64,000 nt of DNA from Phyllosticta citribraziliensis (taxonomy: Eukaryota): positions 930,001-994,000 of the forward strand of contig NW_027117341.1 in NCBI RefSeq assembly GCF_038025025.1, given 5' to 3'. Below are positions 12,378-26,124 of this stretch, in pieces (the stretch's first letter is position 1; each line of letters opens with the position of its first letter). The position numbers and the translations under genes were made by a program. The notes under the pieces were generated by a model. It was not told the DNA's origin, did no database searches, and saw only the letters and a list, made by a program, of their open reading frames with translations.

Positions 12378-15300
12378 AAAAGGAAATCTTTTGGTCACGG
12401 AAACGCAGATGACGCGTTTTCTAGTCGACTCGGATCCCTTGTTGCGAGGGTCTCTTCCTGTTTGCATAGCATTGGCGCTGTTACTTATTTTGTCCCGTCG
12501 CACGGTCGGACCAAGGGTCTGACGTGCTCTGTTCTTTCGAACACGAAAAATTCAATGTCACGCTCTATACCATCTATTCCCAGTAATTTCCAGACACACC
12601 GTAGTTTCACCCTCCGCAAGGACTAAAGGGTCAGAAGAGCTGTGCTTTTTAGTTGTGTGATTTTTAATGCTCTAATGCCGCGGCGTATTGCTTGAACGAT
12701 TCTACGATGGCTTATCGGCGTTGGGTGGGTTCGATTTTAGTGGGCAGGTAATTTTTGGAGACCCAAAACGGGGATAGTGTACTGTGGGATATTGGAGTAT
12801 CTGGTCTCGCGCGCTGTACGAATAACACGGTTGCAATGATGACGCTTTCTCTTTTCCGGCTGACAACTCGTCGTCTACGTGAGCGCCATGCCATGGTTGG
12901 GTTTGCACGGTACACGCAGGCACACAGTCCAGACAGGTCATGCAGCCACGATTGGCGGTGAGCAAATCAGATTTAGCGCGCGCAACACAGTGGTCGACAG
13001 TCGCAACAGAGTGGAGGTCAGCGCAGACGGACCAACGGACGGACGCACCTCTCCCTTCAGCACCACAAGTCCCACGTTTCGTGCGAACGTCTTCAAGGGA
13101 TCTCGCCGCAGAGAGGGGGGAGCCGGTACCCACAGCGCCCACTATTCGACAGGCGGCCGGACGACCACGTCGCCGCGGCTTCTGCAAGACATCAAACGGC
13201 GAGGCGACTCACCGGCCAAGAGAAGAAAACAGATTCGTCGCCCAAAAGCCGCCGGTCCTGCGCGGGTACCATGTTGGTACCTGATGGAGCAAGTGGGCGG
13301 GCGACACAAAATTTTCTGGCCCTCTCTTCTTCCTTGGAGCACTCACAGGTGCAGAAGAACCCTGAGTCTAGGCTCGCCGTCGTCCGTTTCCCTGTCAAGG
13401 CAGCCCGTTGACCAAGCTCTAGAGTCGTCGGCTCCACCTCGAAACTCTGGTCCAATAATTACCTGTCCCTAACAAAACACAGCCGTTCGGTTGCCAACAA
13501 TCGAGAATCGAGACTCGACCGAGAGACGGCTGAGCCAGTCAGCCGCAAAAGGTCCCCTCGTTACAGAGCACCACCCACATGCCGTTTGACGTCAACCGAT
13601 TGCCGGCGCTGCCTCCGATTTTGCCGTCCGCATCCGGGTTCCCGCGAGGGAAGAAGTCCAGAGCTGACATGCTGTCAAGGAAAAAATCGTGACGATGGTC
13701 TCCCCCACAGCGCCCTTCATTCCAGAGGGACGTCAGAAAGCCTTTCGCAGCGGCATCCAGCTCCCGTCACTACTCGGGCGATCTAGAGGACCCGCGCGAA
13801 GGAAGGCGGCGTATGGGGTTCGTTGTACCGCGGTTCATGGCCAACAGCTGACCAGCCAAGCCTCCTCCGGACATGGAGGAGCAAAGGCCAGAGGGCAAGA
13901 AAGAACGAGAGGCGATACACTGATCCTCTTGCCGCGTCCACAACACCCCTCCATGGAACACATTGGCTACCGGGCCCTCTCCTGAAGGCAACGGGGCTGA
14001 GCTTTGTGTAGCTTCCGTACAGCCGCGCGGTGGTTTACAGCTATCGACTATATTGATGACGACAGAGACAAGGGACTCAAACCAAAAACGGACTGTCAGG
14101 CGGAAGGCGGACCGTCTGATGCGTTGACTGCCCCCCAAGTCAGCATGACTGCGGACGAAGTACATCATCTACATCGGCGGCGCTCCCATCACCCGCGCAA
14201 CGAAAAGGATCTCTCGGGCAGGAGATGAGGATGTGTTGGAGTAGGAGCAGATGGTGGTCGGGAGCGCTCCAAGGCCATGGCGACGTCGGCTGGCGACTTC
14301 AGGTGATCGAAAGGGATGCCAAAGGCGGTGCGCGCGTCATGAAGGACACTAACGAGCGGACCAGTGCAACGCCAACGGCCGCCAGGCGCGGACAGGACCG
14401 TCGATGGGCCCCGGCCGGAGGACGGTAGCGGCGCCGTTCAGCGCCAGCAACGCCTACATGCTGCTCCGCGTGGGCCCTAAAAACGGTGTCCTGGGAGACA
14501 CGATGGGCTCGTCGTCAGTCGCTCCCCTCCAGCTCCATGGAGAATGGACGCGCATCGCGAGGTGGGTGGTGACGAGGCTGGGCCATGGAACGATAGACCG
14601 GGACGCCAAACGCCAAATTACTAGTTTCAGTCATGCCAAAGTGCAACATCAACCGAGTGGTGGCGAATGGGTTGGACAGACGTAGCCCCAGCTCGGCCAG
14701 CGTGGAGTGGGTTGTCATGGTCGTCTGGGCGTTGGGCGGCGCTGCGGGGGATATAGGGCCGCCGCTGTAAAATTCCTCACCAGGCTCAAGTGGGAAGGTC
14801 ATCTTCTTGGGCCTTGCATGAAGAAGGACATGGAAGTTGGCCTGCTGGCCGCTAAAACAGGGGCAATAATGATGGTGCCTGGCTCCGCAGCGACTAGGGG
14901 ATGATGGGGCTTCTGCCCAAGCATGCAGCGGGGTCTGCCATTATGCAGCGACATGTAGCCCTGTCACCACAGTCTTTTAGTGCCATTCGGGTCAGCGTTC
15001 TGCTCCATGTCGTCGAACGAGTCCAAGGTGCGATGTTGTCGGTGGTGTTTGAGGTGTCCTGGGCGGGAGACGTGCCGAGCGCAGCCGACCCAGCCGCCGA
15101 ATCCGGCATCGGGCCCGGGGCGGCCCACGGCAACGAGTAGTGCCGAACCCCCGTTCGGTTGCTGCGGTGCTGTCATCAGCCCAGGTCGAGTCCCATCTCG
15201 ACTTTTCCCAAAGCCATCGTCAACTCTGCCTTCTGGACAGTCGATAACCACCAAGCCCGTCCCGAACCACGTCACCGGCTACCTCGGATCTGCCTGTCCT

Positions 15301-15433
15301 CATCGCATCCGGCGGCTCCTCCCCTGGCTCTGGCACTCGTCGACATGTCTGCCCATGTTCATGCATGGCAAGCGTGACATCAACATCTCATCCATTGTGC
15401 TCCGCTAGCCCGCCTTAACATCTCTGTTGGCAG

Positions 15434-17510
15434 ATGCCGACTCCGAGTCAGTATGTGCCCACCGATGGGACTGAACTGCCTCCACCATGGAGTATTGCTC
15501 TTTTGGTGAGTTGTCATTTACGTTTTGGTCCCGTTGAGCAAAGACGTACGCGTCATTCTTCACCGATATTCAACTCCAACTCCATTGTCTCTTTTTCCGC
15601 TAGTCACGTCCTCGTCAAATTAGGCCGCCATACCTGCGGATGCAGCGCCAGTGCCTGAAGCTCATGTCTGCTGTTAGTCACAAAGAGACCTCTCCCTCAC
15701 GATACCCATCAACTTCGTGACCCAACCTGCTGTCACTCTGGCTGCTGCCTGCTTTTCAAAACACGACTACACGGAGACTACCGCAAAGACGTGTCTGTCA
15801 AATTTATTAGAGGCTGGCTTCAGACGAATTCTCATCGACCTTTACTGGGATGCCGGCCGCAGTATCTGGAGCCTTTGCCCTGTCGAAATTCCAGAGGCTG
15901 CGGCGAGCGATGATGATTCGGCTGTGGTCTCTGCAACCACATCTGCTGATCCCTCCTTGATATCCGTGACCATGGCCGACAAGACCCTGGATGGGAGACA
16001 GGAACCAACGCCCACTCTGCCGTCTTCTTTTATCCCCGAGTCTCCCACTACCACAGAGACCATTACAGCAAGCGCCACGAGCACACACCCACCTGCGAAG
16101 GTTGTGCACCAAAGCGGGGAGACGCTCGTCGAGGTAGATGCTTACAACTGTTCGTCTACGCTCGACATTTCGTCCATCACGTCGATTCTGGCGGACTATC
16201 TGGAAAGCACTTCTGATACCATCCACGCCTCCTTTCTTTACTTGACTCTCAACATTCACGCCGCATCGAACTCGTCCTCGACTGCGGCATCGGCACCAGC
16301 GGCATCCCACCTGCCTTCGTCTAATAATAGTCTTTCTAATATGCTCAACGCAAACTTGTCTTCATACCTGTACACACCAAAGCAGCTGCAAGACGACCGT
16401 CTCGACCTGAATCAGAGCTGGGCCTCGAATCAGTTCTTTCGGGACGGAGCTTTTTCTTATTTCACAACCACAGCGAACGTAGATGGCCACCTTTCCACGT
16501 CAGACGGGTGGCCCACAGAGGCCGTCCTCGAGTTTGGCCCTGATCACTACCGCATGCTCGCATCCCTTGGCACGGTAGACCCCCAGATGGCCGACTATGA
16601 ATCGGGCGCAGATGGCGATGCCATTTTTCCCACGGACACGTTCATAGCCCCCAGAAACGTCAGCTACACGTCGTCGGGAAACATTAGCAGTGGATGTCTA
16701 TTCGACACATCAAACACACCGACGGAGCCTTTGCTGAATGCGTCGTGGGCCATGTCCCCGGTCACGCAGGTACCAGATGTCAATTCGGAACAATGGTACA
16801 ACTCGAGCATTGCGTCGGTTTCCAACCTCACCGCTTGTGGGATCAGTCCACTGGTCAATCAAACGCTGTCAGACAGCGCGGACGTGAACTACGAAGCGTA
16901 CGAATGGGCGTCGCTGAGCGCGATCTGGTCGTGGGCAACAGGCGAGCCGCGCAACCTGAGCAGCAGCACCTCAAACGCGGCGTACATGCGCTGTGCGACG
17001 ATGAAGACGTCGACAGTTGGTCGCTGGGTCTTGACCGACTGTACCGAAACACATCACGCCGCATGCCGCGTCGGGTCGCAGCCGTACGAATGGCGCGTCA
17101 GCAACAGCAGCGAGGGCTACAGCAACGGCGATTCCATGTGCCCGCCTAACACGACCTTTGACACGCCGCGCACGGGGCTCGAAAACAGCTACCTGTTTGC
17201 GGAGCTCGGGCGACACGTGGCGACGCATCGAGAGAGCTATGACCAAGATGCGAGCTTGTGGGTCAACCTGAACAGCCTGGGCGTGGCGCAGTGCTGGGTG
17301 GTTGGGTACAACACCAACTGCCCGTACACGTCGGGGGCGGCGGCGGATGAGAACCGGCTGGTGGTTGTGCCGACGGTGGCGGCCATCATCGTCTTCATCC
17401 TTGCGGCGCTGACCATTTTCATCAAGTGCGCAGCCAATCGGCGGACGTCCCGCAGAGGCAGGAGGCGGAAGGGGTCGGAGGGGTGGGACTATGAAGGGGT
17501 GCCGTCATGA
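15434..17510 (+). CDS. MTC6: Maintenance of telomere capping protein 6 (Mtc6)-like single-pass membrane protein; exons 15434-15505, 15678-17510
   Basis: A phase-0 GT-AG intron joins ...WSIALL to SQRDLSLTIPINFVTQPAV. It also has GFRRILIDLYWD, a C-terminal lectin-like region (CGISP..WSWATGEP..RCA..GRW..AAC..C..PRTGLEN..WVNLN..CWV), a TM helix and the ending GWDYEGVPS. Confidence 0.8.
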
Positions 17511-18358
17511 GGAGATTTAATTTTCGAGGGTCGCACCGAGGCGAATCGAGGGAGAGAAAGAAAAGAGGCGGTGGGCAAAGTGAGGCAAGGCAGTGCTTGG
17601 GTTTGGGACGAGGGCCTTGGGCGACGACGACGGCGACAAAAGCAACGGTGATACAGGATGCGATGCAGTGGTACATGGGTGGTGTTTGGCTCGTGTCCCG
17701 GCGGCATGTACCCGACGACGACCGGTGACGGATCAGGAACCCGAGCGGGAGGACAGGCCTTGTTGTTTGGGAGACCCGCGCAGTCGGTGTGTGGTCGCGT
17801 TTGTGCTACCTTAACTACCTACATGTACGTTTGAGCGACCGGAATCCTCAGCATCGAGCCGGACCGGGACGCAACCGTGGCTTGAGACGTATTGCTGCTT
17901 TTTCTACAACGGTTACGGCTGATTCAAATTTCAAGGCTTCCAATGGGCCTGCAGTGCGTCGGTCCACCAGACGTGACGGTCGATGTCGGTGTTTCGAAGC
18001 AGCAGCAGGAGGGGTGAAGTCTGGGTACAATGTGAGAGTGTGAATAGATACATGGGATGTACATGGGTATATTAGCTGAGGTTACCAGGCTGGGCTGGAC
18101 TGGACTGGACTGGACGGATGACGTGCTTGGGCGTGATTCGCAGACTTCGCTAAGGCAATTTTGAGCCGCTGTCCTACTGTACCCGACCCTACCCACTACC
18201 ATGACCTTTCCCCTGCCCTGCCCGTTGCGGCAAACGTCACCGTTTTCCCCTTCAGCCTCGTCAGCCACCACTGCAGCTGCAGCAGAGTCTAAAAGTAAAG
18301 AGGCGGTGCTGCGACATTCTTTCACTCCCGTTGCAATTCTTGGTGTGGCTCAGGTCCA

Positions 18359-19768
18359 ATGATTGCTCCCACCCGCTCAGGCGTCGCCCTGCTGCGCCGC
18401 AACACAACCCACCTGCAAGGCCTCTCTCGCACTTTTGCTTCTTCGGCCTCTCGCAAAGCAGATGCCGACTTCACCCACGCTGTCGTGGGAGGAGGCGCGG
18501 TGGGCCTCGCCATTGCCAGGCGCCTGCAACAGCAACCTGGTGTGGCCACCGTCTTGATTGAACGCCATGGCACCGTGGGCATGGAAACGAGCAGTCGCAA
18601 TTCCGAGGTATGCAACCTCTGTACCCGTCAACTCTGGTCTTGCAACCCTGCGTCCGTCAGAAAAGAGCCAGGAAATCGTTCGACAGACGGACCACTTCTT
18701 GGGTCTGTTCGACGGCGCGCTCCCTGCACTAGGTGCGCATGTTGACGTCCATAGGTCATTCATGCCGGCATCTACTACGGTCACGACACCCTCAAAACCA
18801 AGCTGTGTATCAAGGGCAAGGAAATGCTCTACCATCTGTGTTCAAGGCAATCCATCCCGCACAACAACTGCCAGAAGTGGATTGTGGCCCAAGACGCAGC
18901 ACAACTCGAAGCCACGGAAAAAGTACACCAGCACGCCTCGTCCATCGGCGTCCCGACCCACTTCATCACCAAGGAAGAAGCAGCACGCCAGGAACCCGAC
19001 GTCCGGGGCGAGAGCGGCATCCTCGTCTCCCCCACCACGGGAATCATCGACAGCCACTCGTACATGAAGCATCTCGAGGGCGCCTTTGAGGAGGCCGGCG
19101 GCATCTGCGCCTTCCACTCGCCCGTCACACGCATCACGCCCCTGACCACCTCAGCCAGCAGCACGCCGGGATCCGGGGGCTGGGAGATCGCCACCAAAAC
19201 GCCCGACGGCGAGGAGAGCACCATCGTCGCCGAGACGCTCATCAACAGCGCCGGCCTGAACGCCATCCCCCTCTCCAACTCGATCCTCCCTGCCCATCGC
19301 CACCTTCAGCCCTTTTACTGCAAGGGCTCCTACTTCTCCTACTCCAGCTCCCACCCCCGCCCCAAGACGCTCGTCTACCCGGCTCCCAAGGTCGGCTTGG
19401 GCGGCCTGGGAACCCACCTGACGCTCGACATGGGCGGTCAGGTTCGCTTTGGCCCAGATGTCGAGTGGGTCGACTCGCCAGACGACCTTGCCGTCAGCGA
19501 CAAGAATCTGCGCGTTGCCCTCGGCGAGATCAAGGAGTACCTGCCTGGCGTCGACACAGAGTCCATCGGGCTGGACTACGCTGGCATCCGGCCGAAACTC
19601 GGAAAGGCTGGTGTCACGCATGCTGGAGGAAAAGGCGGATTTGTTGACTTTTACATCAAAAAGGAGGAGGGATTCGAGGGATTCGTCAACCTGTTGGGGA
19701 TCGAGAGTCCTGGATTGACGAGTAGCTTGGCCATTGGCGAGGAGGTGTACGGTTTGCTGTACAGATGA
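18359..19768 (+). CDS. L-2-hydroxyglutarate dehydrogenase-like FAD oxidoreductase, probably mitochondrial; exons 18359-18607, 18755-19768
   Basis: GGGAVG dinucleotide-binding motif. [16 protein letters not shown] is joined across the intron GTATGC..TAG. Also has [37 protein letters not shown] and [13 protein letters not shown]. The N-terminus is Arg/Ser-rich and lacks acidic residues. Confidence 0.9.
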
Positions 19769-20396
19769 GCGCAATGGGAGTGTTGATCAATGTAAAAAGC
19801 TGTACATATGGGGTCGATTTGCAAATAGACATGCAGACTTGGATTTGCGCCAGGCATGAAGCACGAGCGCCGTTGAGCCTTGGGCACAGGCGAGACAGGG
19901 TGAGGGCGCGGGGTAAAAATGAAACTGTTTCCAAAAGCTACATGGAGTTAGACAATGGACCAAGCTGGCGCTAACATGGGATACATACATGTAGTCAGAG
20001 ACAGATCAGGTCGTGCTGGAGACGTTGCGATGAAGAGGGGAAAATATACTGGCCGTCGACAGGGCGACTTTGGGCCTCGCTTAGCGACGTCACCGGCAAC
20101 GAATCTTGAGGGCCGCACACCTCAGCACTGCGCTGCTGCGCTGCACCCACCAACCGCCCAAGCGCAACTTCCGTTCCGCCCTGCAAGGTACATCCGACCA
20201 ACTCGAGTCAACCGCACACCAACCTCAGGTGCTTGCTCCAACACACTCCCTACTCGACCCTTCCGACAAATGCGATCGCGCTTCAAGCAATACCATCGCC
20301 CCTACTCCCATGAGAACTTGCCTCTAAAACCTCCCACCCTTTGGCCATCGACTGAGCACACCCCGCGGCAAACGGTCTTTGCACCCAAGCTCCGCC

Positions 20397-23300
20397 ATGG
20401 AGCGTCAACGCAAGCGTACGCCGTGTGCCTTATCCCCTTTGCAAAGACTGCATCGCTGACTGACCGCAGGTGAGCTTCGCGAGCTCAACAACCGCGCCTG
20501 GGCCGGGGAGAAAGGTATGTGCACCGCCGCCTCATCGACTGCCATGCCGAGGGGCAATTCAGATTCGCTGACAATCATCGCACGCGGCCAGATGTTCTCA
20601 ACGTCTCCGGATCGCTAGACTCATCCATGAAGAAGAATACCGCCTTCATCAAACGCCTCCGCACTGCCATCACCGCCGCCTCCAAGGACACATTCCTGAC
20701 CGAGATTCGCTCTCTTTCGCTGCACAAGTACCTCTCGGAAATTATATCCGCCTGTTATGAGGGCCTCACAAGGCTCAAGTCGCCTGGCGAAATCGCGGCC
20801 GGTGTCGAAATTGTCAGCGCGCTGCACCAGCGCTTCGGGCCCCAGGAATTTACTGGTTACATGGGTTGGCATGTTGGGCGCGGCCTGGCGACACCGGACA
20901 AGGCACATTTGAAGGCTCTTCCCCTGGATGTAAAGGAAAAGGAAGAAAAGGACAGGCTGCAGAGACAGAGAGTCCTGTTGCGCGTCGCAACTGAACTTTG
21001 GCTGGTGGGAGTTTTGCGCTGCCTGGAGGATGTCGTCAGGCCGGAGGAGGCTGTAAAGGCCAAGGAGACTGCCAAGGGTGAGGGTAACGTCAAGAGCAGG
21101 GCCAATGGCGCTCGCGCCGACCACACCGACGCCGAGCCCTTTCCCCTGGAAGTGTTAAAAGATATGCTCGGTTATGACAGGGAGCACATCAATCTACCCC
21201 TGGTGGTTCTGTTTGTGAAGAGTTTCTCTTGGGATATTCTGGGCGTGAAGCTGGCTTCTACCGAGGGAAGGAAAACGGTCAACGAGGACGGCTCCACCAA
21301 GGACTCCTCTGGAAAGACGGATGAACAGCCCGAGGATCACGAAGACGACGCCACCTCCCAGGACCCGCCGATTATTGAATCTGCCGAGCTCCGGCAACGT
21401 TTCCGCAATATTCTCCAGCGCTATTTTGACGATGTCAAGGCGCACATTCTTCGCGACCAGGACAAGCTTGTCAGCCAGGGCAAACGCAATGCCGAGGCCT
21501 ATATCAAATCGGGCGAAGTTTTTGAGGACCGCCAGGCCAACTACGAAAAGCAAGTCAAGACGCAGGAGAAGCTGGTCTCCAATGCGCAAGTCCTGGCAGA
21601 TGCTCTTGGCGCTGATATGCCGGATTTGAAGGAGAAGGATCCCTCTTCCGGAACTGGTGATGGTTCCATTGGACTCGTCAAGACGGGAGAGTATCTGAGG
21701 GGTCAGGGAGAAGGCCCGGGAATATGGGAAGACGAAGATGAGCGTCGTTTCTATGAGAACCTCATCGATTTGAAGGACCGCGTCCCTGGAATTCTTTTGG
21801 AAGACGGCAAGAAGAAAAAGTCCGAGACAGACGACCAAGTGGGCAAGCGTGTCGATCCGGAGGCGCCCAAGGAGAAGGAGAAGGAGGAGAAGCCTGAACC
21901 AAAGTCTGCAGAGGACGAAAAGTCCACCGCCATCGCCAACAAGTCTATCGGTGCGCAAGTTGATGCGCTTCTAGCTCGTCTGCCCGAGTTCACAAACAAG
22001 GACCAGGTCGACGACACGGCGATTGAATTTTGCTTCCTCAACTCAAAGGCGTCCCGCAATCGCATGGTCAAGGCCGTTTCCGAAATTCCAAAGGGACGCT
22101 CGGATTTGCTTCCCCTCTATGCCAGGCTGGTTGCTACACTCGGGAGATACATGCCCGACGTCACTCAAGGTCTTGTCAACTATCTTGACGAGGAATTCCG
22201 CAGTCTCCAGCGCCGCAAGTCCAAGGATTTCCTTGGCCAAGTCCGTACGATGAACGTGCGCTACCTGGCGGAACTGACGAAATTCGGAGCCGTGCCAGAG
22301 CACGTCATCTTCCACTGCTTGAAGGTCAGTCTTGACGACTTCTCCCGGACCAACATTGAAATAATGTGCAATCTGTTGGAAAACTGTGGTCGCTACCTGC
22401 TGCGCAACCCGGAGACTGCTCCTCGCATGCACTCTTTCTTGGAGACTCTGCAGCGCAAGAAGACTGCTCAGCATCTCGGTCAACAAGAGCGCATGATGAT
22501 CGAGAATGCCATCTACTACGTCAATCCTCCTGAGCGAGCCGCCATCGAGCAGAAGGAGAGGACTCCCATCGAACTTTTCCTCCGCAAGCTGGTGTACCTG
22601 GACCTGACGAAGCGCAGTCTTGACAAGATTGTGAAGCAGATTCGCAAGTTGCACTGGGAAGAAGACGAAGTCGTTGGCCTGCTCCACAAGATTTTCTCGA
22701 AGCCAGGGAAGATCAAGTACAGCAACATCCACCTCCTCGCCGTCATCTTGAGCTCCCTCCACAGACACCATTTGGACTTTTGCATCTCGGTGATTGACGA
22801 CTTGCTTGAGAGCATCACATTCGGCCTCGAGCTCAACGAGTTCAAGTTCAACCAAAAGAGGATTGCTGAGGTCAAGTATCTGGGTGAGCTGTACGTGTAC
22901 AAAATGGTCGACTCGCCGACCATTTTCGATGCGCTTTACAAGATTGTGACTTTTGGTCACCAAAGAGGCACGCCGACGCCCGGAGTGTACAATCCTTTCG
23001 ACCCGCCAGATGATTTCTTTCGCATTCGGCTCGTCTGCAACTTGCTCGAAACTTGTGGAACGTACTACGACAAGGGCCAGGCCAAAAAGAAGCTCGATTT
23101 TTTCTTGACGTTTTTCCAGGTATGGTACTTTTTCTTCTGGGATTGGCGTTGCTAACTTTGGTAGTACTACATTCACACCAAGGACAACCTTCCCATGGAC
23201 ATTGAATTCATCGTTCAGGATGCATTTGCTCTGACCCGGCCACAATGGAAGCTTGCCACGAGTCTCGAAGACGCTGGCAACCAGTTTGCCGACGCCGTCA

Positions 23301-24635
23301 AGCAAAATTACGACAAGTCAGCCATCGGACAGAACGCAGAGCCAGACGAGATGGATGAAGAGTCTGGTTCCGACGATGGACAGGATGGAGACGACAAGGA
23401 AGATGAAGAAATCGAAGCTCGCAACGATGAAGCTTCCTCGGATGATGAGGCCGACGTTGGTCCCCCAGCAACAACTTGCACATTCATCACGCCAATTAGT
23501 GTGCTGATCACCATGCAGACGCCCGGCGAAGACGACCACGAGCCCGTCGAGCAACAATCCGACGAGGAGGAGCACATCATCGTCAAGCGCCCTGAAGACG
23601 AGCGTGATCCCGAGGCTGATGCCGACTTCGATCGCGAGCTCGCGAAGATGATGGCTGAGAGTCTCGATTCACGCAAGTTTGAGCGCAAGCCAATGTTTGA
23701 TGTGCCGCTGCCCATGAAGCGGACGCGCGAAACGACCACGACGACGTTCAACGAGGAGAGCGGCGAGAAGCAGGCGAGCACTCCTGCCTCGGGAACCATG
23801 AAGTTCAGCTTGCTGAGCAGGAAGGGCAACAAACAACAGGTTTGCTCCTTTTTCTCTTTCATGTTATTTTTCGTGGATCTAATCGCTTTCTTTTTCTTTC
23901 TAGACCAAGGCCATCGACCTCCCGTCCGATTCCAGCTTCGCCGTGGCCATGCGCACGCAACAGGAAGCCGAGCGCGCTGAGCAGCAGCGCATCAAAAACC
24001 TCGTCCTGAACTACGACTTGCGGGATGACAACGAGACGGATGGTGAATTCGACCCCTTTCCCTTTCCGCCTATGGAGTCCAGGTCCAATGGACCACCTTC
24101 GTGGCAGAAACAGCAACCCCAGCTTCTTCGGCCCTGTTCCGACAACAGAAGAACACGCACTGATTCTCTTGGTAAAGGCCTCGACAAACAGCACAACCCG
24201 TACAATGTGCCCCGTATCGACAAGGCGAGCAACAATCGCAGCACGCAGCGCGCGCGCAAGCTGCAGTTGAGTGACGTTGACTGGTATGGCAAGAAATCTT
24301 CTTCAACGCGTTCATCTTCTTTCAACACGTCTGTCTCCGTGAACGGGGTTGGCAACAACAATGACGCCCCCGGAAGACTCAATGGAGACGACTTTCCCAC
24401 TCTGCAGTCTGCAAAGCAACAGCCACTCCAGCACACAAGCAACGTCAGCTCCCATGCCAAGTTCCGGCGCAATGGACAGCCGCGCAAGACGAGAGCGTGA
24501 AGAGCTGGCGTAGAGAAATCTGCGGAAGCTGTTGCGACGACAACAACAACACCAACGACAAATCAACAAAGCACAACAAGAACGCAATGAGCTGATGTGA
24601 TTGGGGGCCTCTTCCCCATGTTCTGCAGGACTTGA
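20397..24635 (+). CDS. UPF2: Nonsense-mediated decay factor Upf2/Nmd2 (MIF4G domains, acidic region, Upf1-binding tail); multi-exon
   Basis: Spliced start MERQRKRELRELNNRAWAGEKDVLNVSGSLDSSMKKNTAFIKRL (introns 20416-20469, 20515-20591). Motifs GIWEDEDERRFYENL, FLNSKASRNR, LLENCGRYLLR, DPPDDFFRIRL and MKFSLLSRKGNKQQ. Further introns at ~23121-23164, 23456-23518, ~23840-23903, 24043-24177 and 24284-24628. Confidence 0.95.
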
Positions 24636-26124
24636 TCAGCGACCCACTTCTAGCACATTGCTTGCTCGACTCGACCGACTCTGGCGACTATTGCGATGAC
24701 GATGACCGGCGATCGATACGGAACGAACGACGAACGAACAAGACCTCTTTCGCAGACGACGACGACGACGACGACTATGATAGACGCACGCCCGTTGAAC
24801 AAGACTTTCTTTCCAATCGTACCGATGCGGGCTGCGATGGGGTCGGGTGCCCGAGAAGGATGAGTACATGCAAAAGGCACCGACGGACACAAGAGCTACT
24901 GCATTTTTCTGGGCTGCTCGACATACATGGTCGCCTGTCTTAGCGCCTGACTGTTGTGCTGGCTCGCTGGCTCGCTGCGACCCCTTTCTTATCCGTCCTG
25001 TATGCGCAATGGCGGGCAAGCAAGCTGTGCAGCACGCTGTGGACCAAGCGCATACGTCCGGGTGGAGGAAGTGAGTATACGGCATGGACTGATGTCCAGT
25101 GGTGGTGGCGGTGCTTCCAGGGCTGCTACGAGTTCTACTGATCGCAGGCGGTCGACGGCGTGAGTAATCGATGGATGACTGGTGGTCGGATGTGTGGATG
25201 GAGACGGGTTTACGACGCATCTCTTCTATCTGCCATCTTACGCCAGATGGTCAAGTGTGGAGGGTTGCGGCGGTGGGTCAATTGTTTACTTGGTTGGATG
25301 AGCGAACGGGTGGCAGACTGGATGGATGGGTGGGTGGACAAGGGTGTCGGTGGCGCGCAAGAGAGCAGGTGCATGCATGGGTGGACGGATTGATCTGTCT
25401 ATCCGTCCGCTCGGCTTGTCGTCACATCTGCTGCTTTCTTTGCTGCCAGGCGCCTTCATCTGCCTGCATGGCAGGTCTCCGTCTTTCTGTCGGTGTCGTC
25501 GAAGCGAGGCTCGTTGCTGAGCTGGGCTGAGCTGCCGTCCGCCCGTACCGGCTATTCCATCTAGACCAAATGACAGCCTGAATAATTGTTCTGCTTTACT
25601 GCTCGCGGAATGCGTGATTGGCCTGGGAGGTATCATACTCGATGTGGCAGATTTTGCTTCTGGCAGTTTTCCGTGTCTAATGTATGTCTTGACAAGGACC
25701 GCCTCTCGGTCCTTGGACAAACTGCGCTTCTACATGGATGATGTGGGATCTAACCAATTGTACGGCGCTGTAATTTTGGCTCAGATGCCATGAGAAAAAA
25801 GGAATGAAGTGAAAGGCTGCTATGACTATGCTACGCGAATCCACGCTGTGCTACGTTCCAATGTGCGTGTGGATGGTGCTGAAATGAGGAAAAGAGGTGC
25901 GCGCTGAGCATTCAAATCTACGCGAGTGTATGCAGGAAATGAGAAAGAAAGAAAATGTCTTGCGATCAGCGCTCATGCGTCCATCTAGTTTATCCAGTTG
26001 CGGGGTCTCCAAAATGCCGAACATCTCTTACAGCTCTCCAATGCTCGTCATGAACGTAGTCTCGTCGTCTTCTCTCTTTGAAAGAGACAATGCCGTAAGT
26101 GGGAGGGAACTAAAACATGGCAAA

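Noticed and set aside
12725..12745. GGTTCGA T-loop-like motif suggesting a tRNA
   Set aside because: No cloverleaf stems or D-loop around it.
13870..15400. Scattered 60-140 aa ORFs upstream of MTC6
   Set aside because: No consistent frame, splice model or motif, so I cannot support a gene or pseudogene.
18608..18754. Nested or recursive intron in the L2HGDH gene (internal TAG|GTGCGC)
   Set aside because: The residual second intron would be only ~22 nt, which is too short.
22043..23305. 420-aa minus-strand ORF and similar long antisense ORFs (e.g. 36765-37583, 38876-39595)
   Set aside because: Antisense shadows of GC3-biased real genes.
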